Shown here piece by piece: positions 9,576-18,958 of a stretch of 64,000 bases of DNA; within the stretch, counting starts at the first letter, position 1, and each line of letters opens with the position of its first letter. Source of the stretch: an uncultured Gemmatimonadales bacterium. GTDB lineage: Bacteria > Gemmatimonadota > Gemmatimonadetes > Longimicrobiales > RSA9. The translations under genes were made by a program, and so were the position numbers. Under the pieces are notes generated by a model, which saw only the letters and a program-made list of their open reading frames with translations, searched no databases and was not told the origin of the DNA. Location: contig CAWAMW010000006.1 of the NCBI GenBank assembly GCA_963783305.1, positions 128,001 to 192,000 of the forward strand, written 5' to 3'.

Positions 9576-10783
9576 GCTCCCTCCACTTCTATCAGCGTGG
9601 CAATGCCCTGACCGACCCCGATGCACATCGTGGCGAGGCCGATCCCCCCACCCCTGCGCCTCAGCTCGTGGATCAGCGTGGTCAGGATGCGCGCCCCGGA
9701 GCAGCCCAGAGGGTGCCCGAGGGCGATCGCGCCGCCATTCACATTTACGATTTCGGGGTCCAGCCCCAGTTCCTCGATGCAGGCGATGCTCTGCGCCGCG
9801 AACGCCTCGTTCAGCTCCACCAGGCTCACCTGGTCGATGCCGATGCCCGCGCGCTCCAGTGCTTTGCGCGTGGCCGGCACCGGCCCCAGCCCCATGCAGT
9901 GCGGCTCCACCCCCGCCACGGCGCTCGCCAGGTAACGCGCCATGGGGCGCACACCGAGCCGCTCGGCCGCACCACGCGACGTGACCAGCAGCGCGGCGGC
10001 GCCATCGTTGAGACCCGACGCGTTGCCGGCCGTCACGGTCCCCGCTTTCCGGAACACGGGTCGAAGGGCGCTCAGCTTCTCCATCGTGGTGTCAGGCCTC
10101 GGATGCTCGTCCTCCCGCACAACCGAGGGCGGCCCCTTCCGACCCGGCACTTCCACCGGCACGATCTCGTCCTTGAAGCGACCGGACTCCATGGCGATGG
10201 CCGCTCGCCGCTGGCTTTCCAGCGCGAACGCGTCCTGCGCTTCACGCGAGATCCCGCGGTCGTCCGCCACATTCTCGGCGGTGACCCCCAGTCCCACCGT
10301 CCACTGATCTGGGAACTCGGGGTTCACGAAGCGCCAGCCGAGCACGGTGTCCGCGGTCTCCGGCGCGCCGCGCGGATACGCGGAATCGGGCTTCAGCATG
10401 ACCCAGGGCGCGCGGCTCATGGACTCCACGCCTCCCGCCACGAACACCTCACCCTCGCCCAGCAGAGTGGCATGGCACGCGGAGATCACCGCCTGCAGGC
10501 CCGACCCGCACAGTCGGTTCACCGTCTGGCCTGCGACCTCGACGGGGTAGCCCGCCAGCAGCGCCGACATGCGCGCCACGTTACGGTTGTCTTCCCCCGC
10601 CTGGTTCGCACAGCCGAGGATCACGTCCTCCACCTCTCCCGCCGAGAGCCCCGTCCGCTCCAGGATCGCCCGGAGCGGGATAGCGCCCAGGTCGTCCGGG
10701 CGCACGGAGGCCAGGGCTCCGCCATGTCGGCCGACCGGGGTCCGGACGGCGTCGAGGATGACCGCGTCTCGTGGTGCGCTCAT
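9572..10783 (-). CDS. 3-oxoadipyl-CoA-type thiolase (PaaJ/PcaF)
   Basis: [39 protein letters not shown] and MCIGVGQG motifs. Confidence 0.92.
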   Translation of the reverse strand: MSAPRDAVILDAVRTPVGRHGGALASVRPDDLGAIPLRAILERTGLSAGEVEDVILGCANQAGEDNRNVARMSALLAGYPVEVAGQTVNRLCGSGLQAVISACHATLLGEGEVFVAGGVESMSRAPWVMLKPDSAYPRGAPETADTVLGWRFVNPEFPDQWTVGLGVTAENVADDRGISREAQDAFALESQRRAAIAMESGRFKDEIVPVEVPGRKGPPSVVREDEHPRPDTTMEKLSALRPVFRKAGTVTAGNASGLNDGAAALLVTSRGAAERLGVRPMARYLASAVAGVEPHCMGLGPVPATRKALERAGIGIDQVSLVELNEAFAAQSIACIEELGLDPEIVNVNGGAIALGHPLGCSGARILTTLIHELRRRGGGIGLATMCIGVGQGIATLIEVEGA

Positions 10784-10784
10784 G

Positions 10785-12254
10785 TCAGTGCAGGTCCACC
10801 CAGACGCTCTTGACCTGTGTGTAGAGCTCGAGGGCATGCCGGCCCAGCTCACGGCCGTACCCGGACTGCTTGTAGCCGCCGAATGGGGACGCGGCGTCGA
10901 GGGGGTGGTAGGTGTTGATCCAGACGGTGCCCGCCTGGATACGGGAAGCGACGCGATGGGCGCGCTTCACGTCGGTGGTCCAGAGGGCGGCGGCGAGGCC
11001 GTAGATGGTGTCGTTGGCCAACTCGACCGCGGCGTCCTCGTCCTCGAACGTCAGGGTGGCCAGCACAGGACCGAAGATCTCTTCGCGGGCGATGGTAGAG
11101 TCCGGCCGCACGTGATCGAAGATGGTGGGCTCGAGCCAGTATCCGGCGCCCGCCGACTCCGCCGGCGACCGCCCCCCGCCGGTGAGGACGGTGGCGCCCT
11201 CCTCGCGTCCCTTCTCGATATAACCGAGGACGCGATCGAGCTGCTCCTGCGATATCACGGGACCGTACCGTCGCTTCGGCTCGAGCGATTCGCCCGGCTG
11301 CAGCTTGCCCACCCGCTCCACGAGCCGCTCCATGAACTCGTCGTGGATCGACTCCTGGACCAGGAGTCGCGAGCCGGCGGTGCAGCACTGGCCCGCGTTG
11401 TAGAAAATGCCGTTGAACGCACCCCGCACCGCCGCATCCAGGTCGGCATCTTCGAACACGATGTTCGGCGACTTCCCGCCAAGCTCCAGCGATATCTTCT
11501 TCAGCGTGCTCGCGCCCGCTCGCATGATGCTCTTGCCGACCTCCGTGGAGCCGGTGAACGCGATCTTGTCGACATCCTCGTGCTCCACCAGCGCAGCGCC
11601 CGCGGTCTGGCCGAAGCCCGGCACGATGTTGAGGACTCCGGGCGGGAGTCCCACCTCGTCGGCGATGACGCCCAGCTCGAGCGCCGTCAGCGGCGTCTGC
11701 TCCGCCGGCTTCAGCACCATTGTGTTCCCGCACGCCAGCGCCGGTGCGACCTTCCACGCGGCCATGAGGAGCGGGAAGTTCCATGGGATGATCCCGCCCA
11801 CGACCCCCACAGGTTCCCGCAGCGTGTAGTTGAGCACCCGGCCCCGGACGGGGATCGTCTCGCCCTCCAGCTTCGAGGCCCACCCCGCATAGTAGCGGAA
11901 CGCGTCGGCCGCCTGGGCAATGTCGATCCGCGCCTCCCTCAACGGCTTCCCGTTATCCATGGTTTCGAGCCCGGTCAGCGCTTCCGCCCGCGCCTCGATC
12001 GCGCGCCCCAGCCGCGCCACCACCTCGCCCCGGTCGATGGCGTCCATACGGCGCCAGTCGGAGTCGGGCGCCGCCGCCTTCCGGGCCGCGGCTACGGCCC
12101 GATCGACATCGGCCTTGCGCGCTTCGGCCACCGAGGCGATCACCTCGCCGGTGGCCGGGTTGTGGCTGTCGAAGGTCGCGCCATCCTGCGCGTCGACCCA
12201 TTCTCCGCCGATGTAGAGCTTGTCGGGAGCGTGTCGGAGGTCCGAGGTGGTCAT
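10785..12254 (-). CDS. NAD(P)-dependent aldehyde dehydrogenase
   Basis: [44 protein letters not shown] and PFGGYKQSG motifs. Confidence 0.96.
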   Translation of the reverse strand: MTTSDLRHAPDKLYIGGEWVDAQDGATFDSHNPATGEVIASVAEARKADVDRAVAAARKAAAPDSDWRRMDAIDRGEVVARLGRAIEARAEALTGLETMDNGKPLREARIDIAQAADAFRYYAGWASKLEGETIPVRGRVLNYTLREPVGVVGGIIPWNFPLLMAAWKVAPALACGNTMVLKPAEQTPLTALELGVIADEVGLPPGVLNIVPGFGQTAGAALVEHEDVDKIAFTGSTEVGKSIMRAGASTLKKISLELGGKSPNIVFEDADLDAAVRGAFNGIFYNAGQCCTAGSRLLVQESIHDEFMERLVERVGKLQPGESLEPKRRYGPVISQEQLDRVLGYIEKGREEGATVLTGGGRSPAESAGAGYWLEPTIFDHVRPDSTIAREEIFGPVLATLTFEDEDAAVELANDTIYGLAAALWTTDVKRAHRVASRIQAGTVWINTYHPLDAASPFGGYKQSGYGRELGRHALELYTQVKSVWVDLH

Positions 12255-12386
12255 GGAGTCAGGAGTAGGAGTAGGAGTCAGGAGTAGGAGTCAGGAGTAG
12301 GAGTCAGGAGTAGGAGTCAGGAGTAGGAGTCAGGAGGGGAGCAGGGGTGCCTTGCCTCCTGCCTCCTGCCTCCTGACTCCTGCCTC
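12255..12386. repeat. Intergenic AGGAGT/AGGAGTC tandem array with a complementary GCCTCCT arm
   Basis: About 13 AGGAG cores at 12255-12336, then GCCTCCT x3, GACTCCT and GCCTC at 12354-12386. Confidence 0.95.
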
Positions 12387-13229
12387 TTACTTGCCCTTGA
12401 ACTCGGGCTTCCGCTTCTCGATGTAGCTGCGGATCCCTTCCCGTGCATCCCCGCTCTGGAACAGCTGCTGCTGGAGCTCGCGCTCCACGGCCAGCGCCTC
12501 GGCGAGCGGCAGCTCCCAGCCCGTCTGGACCGCCCGCTTGATCATGCCGGCCGCCTTGCCCGCGCCGTTCGGCGGTGCGAAGCCACGGGCGTACTCGAGG
12601 ACCTTGTCCTTGAAGTCATCGCTGGACTCCGCCTCCCACACGTCGTTGACGATGCCGAGATCCTTGGCCTTCTCGAAGTCGAACGTGGCGCCCGTGACCA
12701 TGAGCTCGATGGCCTTCGACTTTCCGACGATCCGAGCCAGCCGCTGCGTGCCGCCCGTCCCGGGCAGCACACCCAGGTTGATCTCCGGCAGCCCGATCTT
12801 CCCGCCGCCCTGGCGCGCGATCCGGATGTCGGCCGCCATGGCGATCTCCAGGCCGCCGCCCACGCAGTGGCCGTTGAGCGCCGCGATCACCAGCTTCGGC
12901 GTCTGCTCCAGCCGCTGCAGCGTCTCGTTCGCGTGGAGGCAGAAGCAGTACTTGAAGCCCGATGTCACTTCGTCGAGCATCTGGATGTTCGCGCCCGCGG
13001 AGAAGAACTTGTCTCCTCCGCCGGTCAGTACGATCACGTGCACGTCGTCCCGCATCCGGGCGCGCAGCACGGCATCGTCGATCTGGCGCATCATGGCGTA
13101 CGTGTAGGTGTTCGCCGGCGGGTCATCGAGGGTGATGACCGCTACGCCATCCTTGGCGCGGAAGTGTACCAGTGTGTCGCTGGCCTTCTTCGCCTCTTCG
13201 TGGGGATCGTTGGCACTGGCGTCCGCCAT
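12387..13229 (-). CDS. Crotonase-family enzyme resembling the BoxC N-terminal domain
   Basis: FFSAGANIQML...KYCFCLHANET, GGGLEIA and LPEINLGVLPGTGG; GGAGG RBS before ATG 13229. Confidence 0.85.
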   Translation of the reverse strand: MADASANDPHEEAKKASDTLVHFRAKDGVAVITLDDPPANTYTYAMMRQIDDAVLRARMRDDVHVIVLTGGGDKFFSAGANIQMLDEVTSGFKYCFCLHANETLQRLEQTPKLVIAALNGHCVGGGLEIAMAADIRIARQGGGKIGLPEINLGVLPGTGGTQRLARIVGKSKAIELMVTGATFDFEKAKDLGIVNDVWEAESSDDFKDKVLEYARGFAPPNGAGKAAGMIKRAVQTGWELPLAEALAVERELQQQLFQSGDAREGIRSYIEKRKPEFKGK

Positions 13230-13324
13230 TGCTTCGCCTCCGTATGTAGTGCGGAATGTGTGCGGGAAAAGAGCGACGCACCGGTCGGGGGCCGAGGGCG
13301 CATCCACCGCTGGAACAGACGCGT

Positions 13325-13394
13325 AACCTACGGGACGGCGGAAGCCGCGGTCAACCCCGCTCCGCTTGCCGGATGTCGCTGTCGGGAATAGCTT
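13325..13394. promoter_or_regulatory. Back-to-back divergent sigma70-type promoters
   Basis: Minus strand: TTGACC-N18-TAGGTT (13354-13325). Plus strand: TTGCCG-N17-TAGCTT (13366-13394). Confidence 0.5.
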
Positions 13395-13427
13395 TCGAGC
13401 ACGATCCAACCCCTGCGAAAGCGGCCC

Positions 13428-14156
13428 GTGCGACACAGGTTCCTCCTGCCCATCATGCTGGCGCTGCCCCTCGCCGTCCTGGGCGCGTGTGGCGATGCCA
13501 TCACAGACCCCGAGGGACTCATCGAGTCCGCCGAGGCGGAGGCCGTAATGCGCTCCGCCGAAGCCCTGCCGCTGCTCTCCGAGTTCCTCGACATGGGCGC
13601 CGACGCGGGACCCCGGCACCGGGCCATGCTCCAGAGCGCGCGTGAGCTGTGGGACGCCGGGACCGCAGGCGACGATCCCCGGGCGGCGGCCCGCCGCCGG
13701 CTGGCAGTGGGGTATGCCCTTCCGGTCCTGCTCGAGGTCGTTCCGCCAGAGGAGTGGACGGCGTCGCGCGAACGGATCGACGCATGGCTGGTCACCGTCA
13801 ACTCCATGATGCAGCACCTGTCCCTGCCGCCGGTGGAGGCCCGAATCGAGGCCGCCCGGCACCAGTTGAGCCGCTCCGATGCGGCCGTGAGCGAGCGCAG
13901 TCGCGCCTACCACCTGCTCCTGGCCGGCTCAGAGCTGGTGGAGACCACGCCCCGCTACGTCGCCCGCACGATGGTGCTGGATGCGGCGCGGGCGGTGGCT
14001 CGCGCGTCCGAGGTGACGGCCGATCCGATCCAGGCAACGACGCTGCGACGTGCGCAGCGTTTGAAAGACTGGTCGGCTACCGCCGTAGAGGAGGGTGAGT
14101 ACCTGCTCGCGATTCAGCGCGCGTACTACGCCATTCAACTGGTGGAGGAGCGATGA
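13428..14156 (+). CDS. Hypothetical alpha-helical lipoprotein
   Basis: Signal peptide with lipobox LGAC; overlaps the nfeD start (ATGA). Confidence 0.75.
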   Translation: MRHRFLLPIMLALPLAVLGACGDAITDPEGLIESAEAEAVMRSAEALPLLSEFLDMGADAGPRHRAMLQSARELWDAGTAGDDPRAAARRRLAVGYALPVLLEVVPPEEWTASRERIDAWLVTVNSMMQHLSLPPVEARIEAARHQLSRSDAAVSERSRAYHLLLAGSELVETTPRYVARTMVLDAARAVARASEVTADPIQATTLRRAQRLKDWSATAVEEGEYLLAIQRAYYAIQLVEER

Positions 14157-15613
14157 CACCCGGGAAGCGTGTAACGGCCGGATTCGAGGGCGCGGCGGTG
14201 AGGGGGCGGCGGATGGCGCTGGCCCTGGCGCTGGTTGCGATGGGGACGGCGGCCGGTCTCCTGGCGTGCGCTTCGGAGACCACCGGCCCGGTATCGTCGT
14301 CGGAAGTCTACCTGGTGCCCGTGACCGGTGTGATCGAGCTGGGCATAGCCCCCTTCATTGCGAGGAGTCTGCGGGAGGCGGAGGCCGCGGGTGCGGCGGC
14401 GGTGGTCCTGGAGCTGAACACGCCGGGCGGTCGCGTCGATGCGGCGCAGAACATCGTGGACGCGGTGGAGGGCGCTGAGGTGCCGGTGTACGCATTCGTG
14501 AACCCGCGTGCCTTTTCGGCGGGTGCGATGATCGCGCTCGCGGCGGATCGGGTCTACATGAGGCCGGGTGCGGTGATGGGCGCGGCGACGCCTGTGGGCG
14601 GCGATGGCAGCAAGGCGCCGGAGAAGATCGTGAGCGCCATGCGGAGCGAGATGCGAGCGCTGGCGGAGCGGCGGGGGCTGGATTCCAGGGTCGCCGAGGC
14701 CATGGTCGATGAGAGTATCGCGATAGACGGGGTGGTGGAGGCCGGCAAGCTGCTGACGCTGACCACGGAGGAAGCCGTGAGTGTCGGCTTCGCCCGCACT
14801 GCCGATGATCTCCAGGCGCTGCTCCGGGACGCGGGCATCGAGTCCACGAGCGTGGTGGAGGCCGACGTGAACTGGGCCGAGGCCATCGTCCGGTTCATCA
14901 CGCACCCGGTGGTCTCGCCATTCCTCCTGTCCCTGGGCTTCCTCGGGCTGCTGGTGGAGATCAAGACTCCCACGTTCGGGCTGGCGGGCGCCGCGGGCGC
15001 GACCGCCCTCGCGCTCTTCTTTGGCGGGCACTACCTGGTGGGTCTCGCGGGGATGGAGGAGCTGATCCTTCTTGCCGCCGGCATCGTGCTGCTGGGCATC
15101 GAAGTGTTCATCGTCCCCGGATTCGGCGTCTTCGGGGTATTGGGAATCGGCGGCATGCTGGCGGGTATCTATCTGAGCATGGTGGGGAGTCTCTCCACGG
15201 CCGTCGACTACAACCAGGCGGCGCTCGTTCTCGCCGCCTCCATGCTCATCGTCCTGGTGAGTGTGTGGGCCATCGTGCGCACGCTGCCGGGGAACATGAG
15301 GCTCCGGCGGTCCGGCATCATGCTCGGTGAGGACACCGGCCGTGACGAGGGCTACCTGTCCGCCAGCGTGCGGAGTGAGCTTGTGGGCCAGCAGGGCACC
15401 GCCCTCACGGATCTGCGGCCGGCGGGCGTCGGGGGCTTCGCGGGCGAGCGCGTGGACGTCGTGGCGGAGGAGGGGTGGCTGCCTGCCGGAACGCCGCTCG
15501 AGGTCGTGCGGGCGGACGGCTATCGCCACCTGGTCCGGTCGATCGCGGATCCCGCGGCGGGCGGGGGTCCGGGGAGCGTAGTGCCGGAGCCGGAAACCGA
15601 ATCATCCGAATAA
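14153..15613 (+). CDS. nfeD: Long-form NfeD (ClpP-class protease domain, TM region, OB-fold)
   Basis: LNTPGG, AFSAGAMIALA, GKLLTLT, TM block and TDLRPAG. The start could be 14213. Confidence 0.9.
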   Translation: MTPGKRVTAGFEGAAVRGRRMALALALVAMGTAAGLLACASETTGPVSSSEVYLVPVTGVIELGIAPFIARSLREAEAAGAAAVVLELNTPGGRVDAAQNIVDAVEGAEVPVYAFVNPRAFSAGAMIALAADRVYMRPGAVMGAATPVGGDGSKAPEKIVSAMRSEMRALAERRGLDSRVAEAMVDESIAIDGVVEAGKLLTLTTEEAVSVGFARTADDLQALLRDAGIESTSVVEADVNWAEAIVRFITHPVVSPFLLSLGFLGLLVEIKTPTFGLAGAAGATALALFFGGHYLVGLAGMEELILLAAGIVLLGIEVFIVPGFGVFGVLGIGGMLAGIYLSMVGSLSTAVDYNQAALVLAASMLIVLVSVWAIVRTLPGNMRLRRSGIMLGEDTGRDEGYLSASVRSELVGQQGTALTDLRPAGVGGFAGERVDVVAEEGWLPAGTPLEVVRADGYRHLVRSIADPAAGGGPGSVVPEPETESSE

Positions 15614-15672
15614 TGGCGCGTCACCCGACGTCGCCCATTTGCTTCTTCAGAATACCAATGGAGGACTGAGCC

Positions 15673-16671
15673 ATGGAGGGAGCCTTTCTGACCCCGCTGC
15701 TACTGATCGCGGTGGCGCTGGTGGTCATCGTGCTCGTGTGGGCCGTACCCGTTCGGCTGTGGATCGAGGCGGTCTCCGCTGGCGTAAGCGTCGGACTCGG
15801 GGATCTCATCGGCATGCGCCTGCGGAAGGTCAACCCGGCCGGAGTGGTGCGGCCGCTGATCGCGGCGACGAAAGCCGGGCTCGACCTCACCACGCGGCAG
15901 CTGGAGGCGCACTATCTGGCAGGCGGGCACGTGGACCGGGTCGTGAAGGCGCTCATCAGCGCCGACAAGGCCAACATCGAGCTGCCCTTTCAGCAGGCGG
16001 CGGCCATCGACCTCGCCGGTCGTGATGTGCTGGAGGCCGTGAAGGTCTCGGTGAACCCGAAGGTGATCAACACTCCCAAGGTGGCCGCCATGGCCAAGGA
16101 TGGCATCCAGCTGATCGCCATCGCGAGGGTCACGGTGCGCGCGAACATCAACCGCCTCGTGGGCGGAGCCGGTGAGGACACCATCCTGGCGCGCGTAGGG
16201 GAGGGGATCGTTTCCACCATCGGCTCGGCCCAGTCGCACAAGGCCGTGCTCGAGAACCCGGATGGAATCTCGAAGACGGTGCTGAGCAAGGGCCTGGACT
16301 CGGGCACGGCGTACGAGATCCTCTCCATCGATATCGCCGATGTGGATGTGGGCAAGAATATCGGCGCGGAGCTCCAGACGGATCAGGCGGAGGCCGACAA
16401 GCGGATCGCGCAGGCGAAGGCGGAGGAGCGCCGGGCGATGGCCGTTGCCGTGGAGCAGGAGATGAAGGCGAAGGTGGTGGACATGCGCGCCCGGGTGGTG
16501 GAGGCGGAGGCGGAGGTGCCGCGGGCCATGGCCGAGGCCTTCCGGTCGGGCAACCTCGGCATCATGGACTACGTGCGCTACAACAACATGAGAGCCGATA
16601 CCGAGATGCGCTCTGCCATCGCCCGGGAGTCGGAGGAGGACCCGGACCACGGCAACGGGCAGGGGGCGTAG
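15673..16671 (+). CDS. floA: Flotillin-like protein FloA (YqfA)
   Basis: [42 protein letters not shown] and [10 protein letters not shown] motifs. Confidence 0.95.
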   Translation: MEGAFLTPLLLIAVALVVIVLVWAVPVRLWIEAVSAGVSVGLGDLIGMRLRKVNPAGVVRPLIAATKAGLDLTTRQLEAHYLAGGHVDRVVKALISADKANIELPFQQAAAIDLAGRDVLEAVKVSVNPKVINTPKVAAMAKDGIQLIAIARVTVRANINRLVGGAGEDTILARVGEGIVSTIGSAQSHKAVLENPDGISKTVLSKGLDSGTAYEILSIDIADVDVGKNIGAELQTDQAEADKRIAQAKAEERRAMAVAVEQEMKAKVVDMRARVVEAEAEVPRAMAEAFRSGNLGIMDYVRYNNMRADTEMRSAIARESEEDPDHGNGQGA

Positions 16672-16674
16672 CCC

Positions 16675-17391
16675 GTGGACCTCTTCGAGATCCTGTTCGT
16701 CGCCCTCTTCATCCTGTTTCCGATCATGGAGCAGGTCCTGAAGCGGAAGCGAACACCCGGTCCCCCCGGGGACGAGGAGGCGCCGGACCGGCCGGACGAG
16801 GTCGGGCGCAGCGATGGCTCCGAAGGACGGGGTCGGGACTCCGCGCTGCCGCCGGGGCGGGAGCCCGGGAAGGCGTCGGATATGGTGCCCGCCGACCTGT
16901 GGGCGGTGCTCACGGGGGAGCGGAGCTCCACGGCCGGATCCGCCCCGACCTCTGGCGTCGAGCAGGCGGGGGCGGAGAAGCCGCGCCAGGAGCCCGGGCA
17001 GGAGTCGCGGGGAAGGGAAGAGTGGGTGCCCGACGAGGTCGCGTGGTCGCCCGCGCCCGCCCGATCGCGGCGTAGTGGATCGAGCGCTCCCTGGAGCATC
17101 GACGACGACTCCGTGCTCGAGAAGCCGGCGCCTGCGCCCGTCTCGCTGGAGCATTACGGGCCGGAGGCGTACTCGCTGGAACGGCTGGACCAGGAGGCTG
17201 TGTCGCTCGAGCGGCCGGTGCCTTCCGCTGAGGCTCGACACCGGCAGTTTCACGCGCTCGTTGATCGGCCACCGACGCGGCGGCGCGCGCGCCGCAGCTC
17301 TCTGGGCCGCGCGCTCCGCAGTCCGGGTAGTCTGCGCCACGCGTTCGTCCTCACGGAAGTGCTGGGGCCGCCGAAGGGGCTGAATGATTAA
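16675..17391 (+). CDS. Hypothetical protein of the nfeD-floA operon (YqfB-like position)
   Basis: N-terminal TM, long disordered region and C-terminal AFVLTEVLGPP motif. Confidence 0.75.
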   Translation: MDLFEILFVALFILFPIMEQVLKRKRTPGPPGDEEAPDRPDEVGRSDGSEGRGRDSALPPGREPGKASDMVPADLWAVLTGERSSTAGSAPTSGVEQAGAEKPRQEPGQESRGREEWVPDEVAWSPAPARSRRSGSSAPWSIDDDSVLEKPAPAPVSLEHYGPEAYSLERLDQEAVSLERPVPSAEARHRQFHALVDRPPTRRRARRSSLGRALRSPGSLRHAFVLTEVLGPPKGLND

Positions 17392-17821
17392 CGATCCCGC
17401 CGAGCCCGTCTGGCGTCTCGTCCGTGTATTCCTCGGCGTCGGCGCCGGGATCGTGGTGCTGTTCGGACTCGTCCTGGTGACCGCCTGGGCCGCAACCATG
17501 GCCGCGGGGTTGGGCCCCGACGATGCCCCCACCAACCCGTATCTCGTCATGAACCTGGCGGGGAACGTCGTGGCCGCGGTCCTCGCCGGGATGGTGGCGG
17601 CGGGGGTCGCTCGAACCATTATCGCCCCCCTCGCCCTCGCCGGGCTGCTCCTTGCCCTGGGTGCCGCGGCCGGCGGACAGGCGGCCGCCGGCCAGCCCGC
17701 CTGGTATCCCGTGGCCGTGACCCTCATGGGCGCCGCGGGTGTGGCGCTGGGCGGGTGGGTGGCGCCGCGCCGCTCGGCCGGGGACACCGCCCCGGACCCT
17801 GCGCCTCACTCCGTCGCCTGA
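17384..17821 (+). CDS. Hypothetical membrane protein (about 4 TM)
   Basis: Hydrophobic ORF overlapping the previous stop. Confidence 0.65.
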   Translation: MINDPAEPVWRLVRVFLGVGAGIVVLFGLVLVTAWAATMAAGLGPDDAPTNPYLVMNLAGNVVAAVLAGMVAAGVARTIIAPLALAGLLLALGAAAGGQAAAGQPAWYPVAVTLMGAAGVALGGWVAPRRSAGDTAPDPAPHSVA

Positions 17822-17918
17822 CTCCGACCCGCCTCCCACACGGGTGCGCCGGGTCTGGCGGCTGGAGCGAGGCGGCCGCAGCCGTTATATTGCGCGCCCG
17901 ATGGACACAGGGTTGGAC

Positions 17919-18001
17919 GCCGGGGTGGTGGAATGGCAGACGCGGCGGACTCAAAATCCGCTGGGGGCAACCCCGTGTGGGTTCGAATCCCACTCCCGGC
18001 A
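17919..18001 (+). tRNA. tRNA-Leu (CAA), CCA not encoded
   Basis: GCCGGGG acceptor stem, GCGGA-CTCAAAA-TCCGC anticodon arm, long variable arm, GTTCGAATC T-loop and discriminator A. Confidence 0.97.
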
Positions 18002-18003
18002 TG

Positions 18004-18045
18004 ACAAAGGGCCACAACGATTTACGTCGTTGTGGCCCTTTGTTC
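18004..18045 (+). terminator. Rho-independent terminator after tRNA-Leu
   Basis: 17-bp perfect stem ACAAAGGGCCACAACGA/TCGTTGTGGCCCTTTGT. Confidence 0.88.
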
Positions 18046-18129
18046 TGCGGCTGTCGGAATAATGCCGACAGGCCGCTACTCTGGTACAGCCTGGGCCTGT
18101 GCGCGGTCGCAGACCTGCACCCGAGTTGC

Positions 18130-18404
18130 GGTGAGCGTGCACGTTTCGCCGCGCTGCTCGGCGGAATCCAGTTCGCTCCGTCGTGGAATGTGGTGGAGCC
18201 ATATGTGGGTGTGCAGGTCGGCTTTTCCCGCTATGACGGTCCTGTCGGCGTCAGTAGTGATTTCCTGGCCGCTCCGGGAGCCGGGCTCCGGCTCCGACTC
18301 GGGTCCCTTGGCGGCGCCTATGGGGATGCGTCGTACCTGTTGAACTGGGGGGCGGATTCCCCATCGCCGGTGCTGGCGTTTATCTGAATCTCCGGTCCTT
18401 CTGA
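18130..18404 (+). pseudogene. Remnant of a small outer-membrane beta-barrel gene (frameshifted, no 5' end)
   Basis: Amphipathic strands EPYVGVQVGFSRY, GAGLRLRL and AYGDASY; a second frame ends IAGAGVYLNLRSF-stop. Confidence 0.5.
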
Positions 18405-18496
18405 GTCAGGATGGACGGACGGGGCGAGACCCTGATCCGCTCGAGGGTTCCAAATGCCTACGTTCCTTTGTCGCACAACCGGAGTAAGCGCACATA

Positions 18497-18898
18497 ATGC
18501 TGGTCCGCACTCGCAGGCAGGAGAGCGATATTCACGGCACCGGACTCTTTGCGGCGGAGCCGATCCCTGCCGGCACCCCCGCCTGGCGGTTCACGCCCGG
18601 CCTGGATCTTACACTGCACCCGGAGACGGTCGGGAAGCTCGACGAAATGCCGCGGGAGTGGCTCATCACGTACGCGTACCTGGACATTCGAACCGGCCTC
18701 TACGTGCTGTGCGCGGATGACGCCCGCTTCATGAACCACTCCAACGATCCGACGGTGGGCGGGGATTGCGAGCAGGAGCCCGTCTTCGGCCTGGACGTGG
18801 CGCTTCGCGATATCGATCCCGGCGAGGAGCTGACGTGCGACTACCGCACGTTCGACAGGATGGACCGGCAGCGCTTACACTTCGAACCGTCGGGCTGA
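18497..18898 (+). CDS. SET-domain protein (putative lysine methyltransferase)
   Basis: IHGTGLFA, ARFMNHS and RDIDPGEELTCDY motifs. Confidence 0.92.
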   Translation: MLVRTRRQESDIHGTGLFAAEPIPAGTPAWRFTPGLDLTLHPETVGKLDEMPREWLITYAYLDIRTGLYVLCADDARFMNHSNDPTVGGDCEQEPVFGLDVALRDIDPGEELTCDYRTFDRMDRQRLHFEPSG

Positions 18899-18958
18899 GC
18901 GGGTCAAGTTCCTGCCGCCGCGGCCGACACTTCAATAGCAGACCTGATCAAGGAGCCG

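Noticed and set aside
12255..12386. Possible CRISPR array
   Set aside because: Units are 6-7 nt with no unique spacers, and there are no cas genes
17755..18387. 210-aa ORF spanning the tRNA
   Set aside because: Overlaps tRNA-Leu and its terminator; only the 3' part looks protein-like and is reported as a remnant
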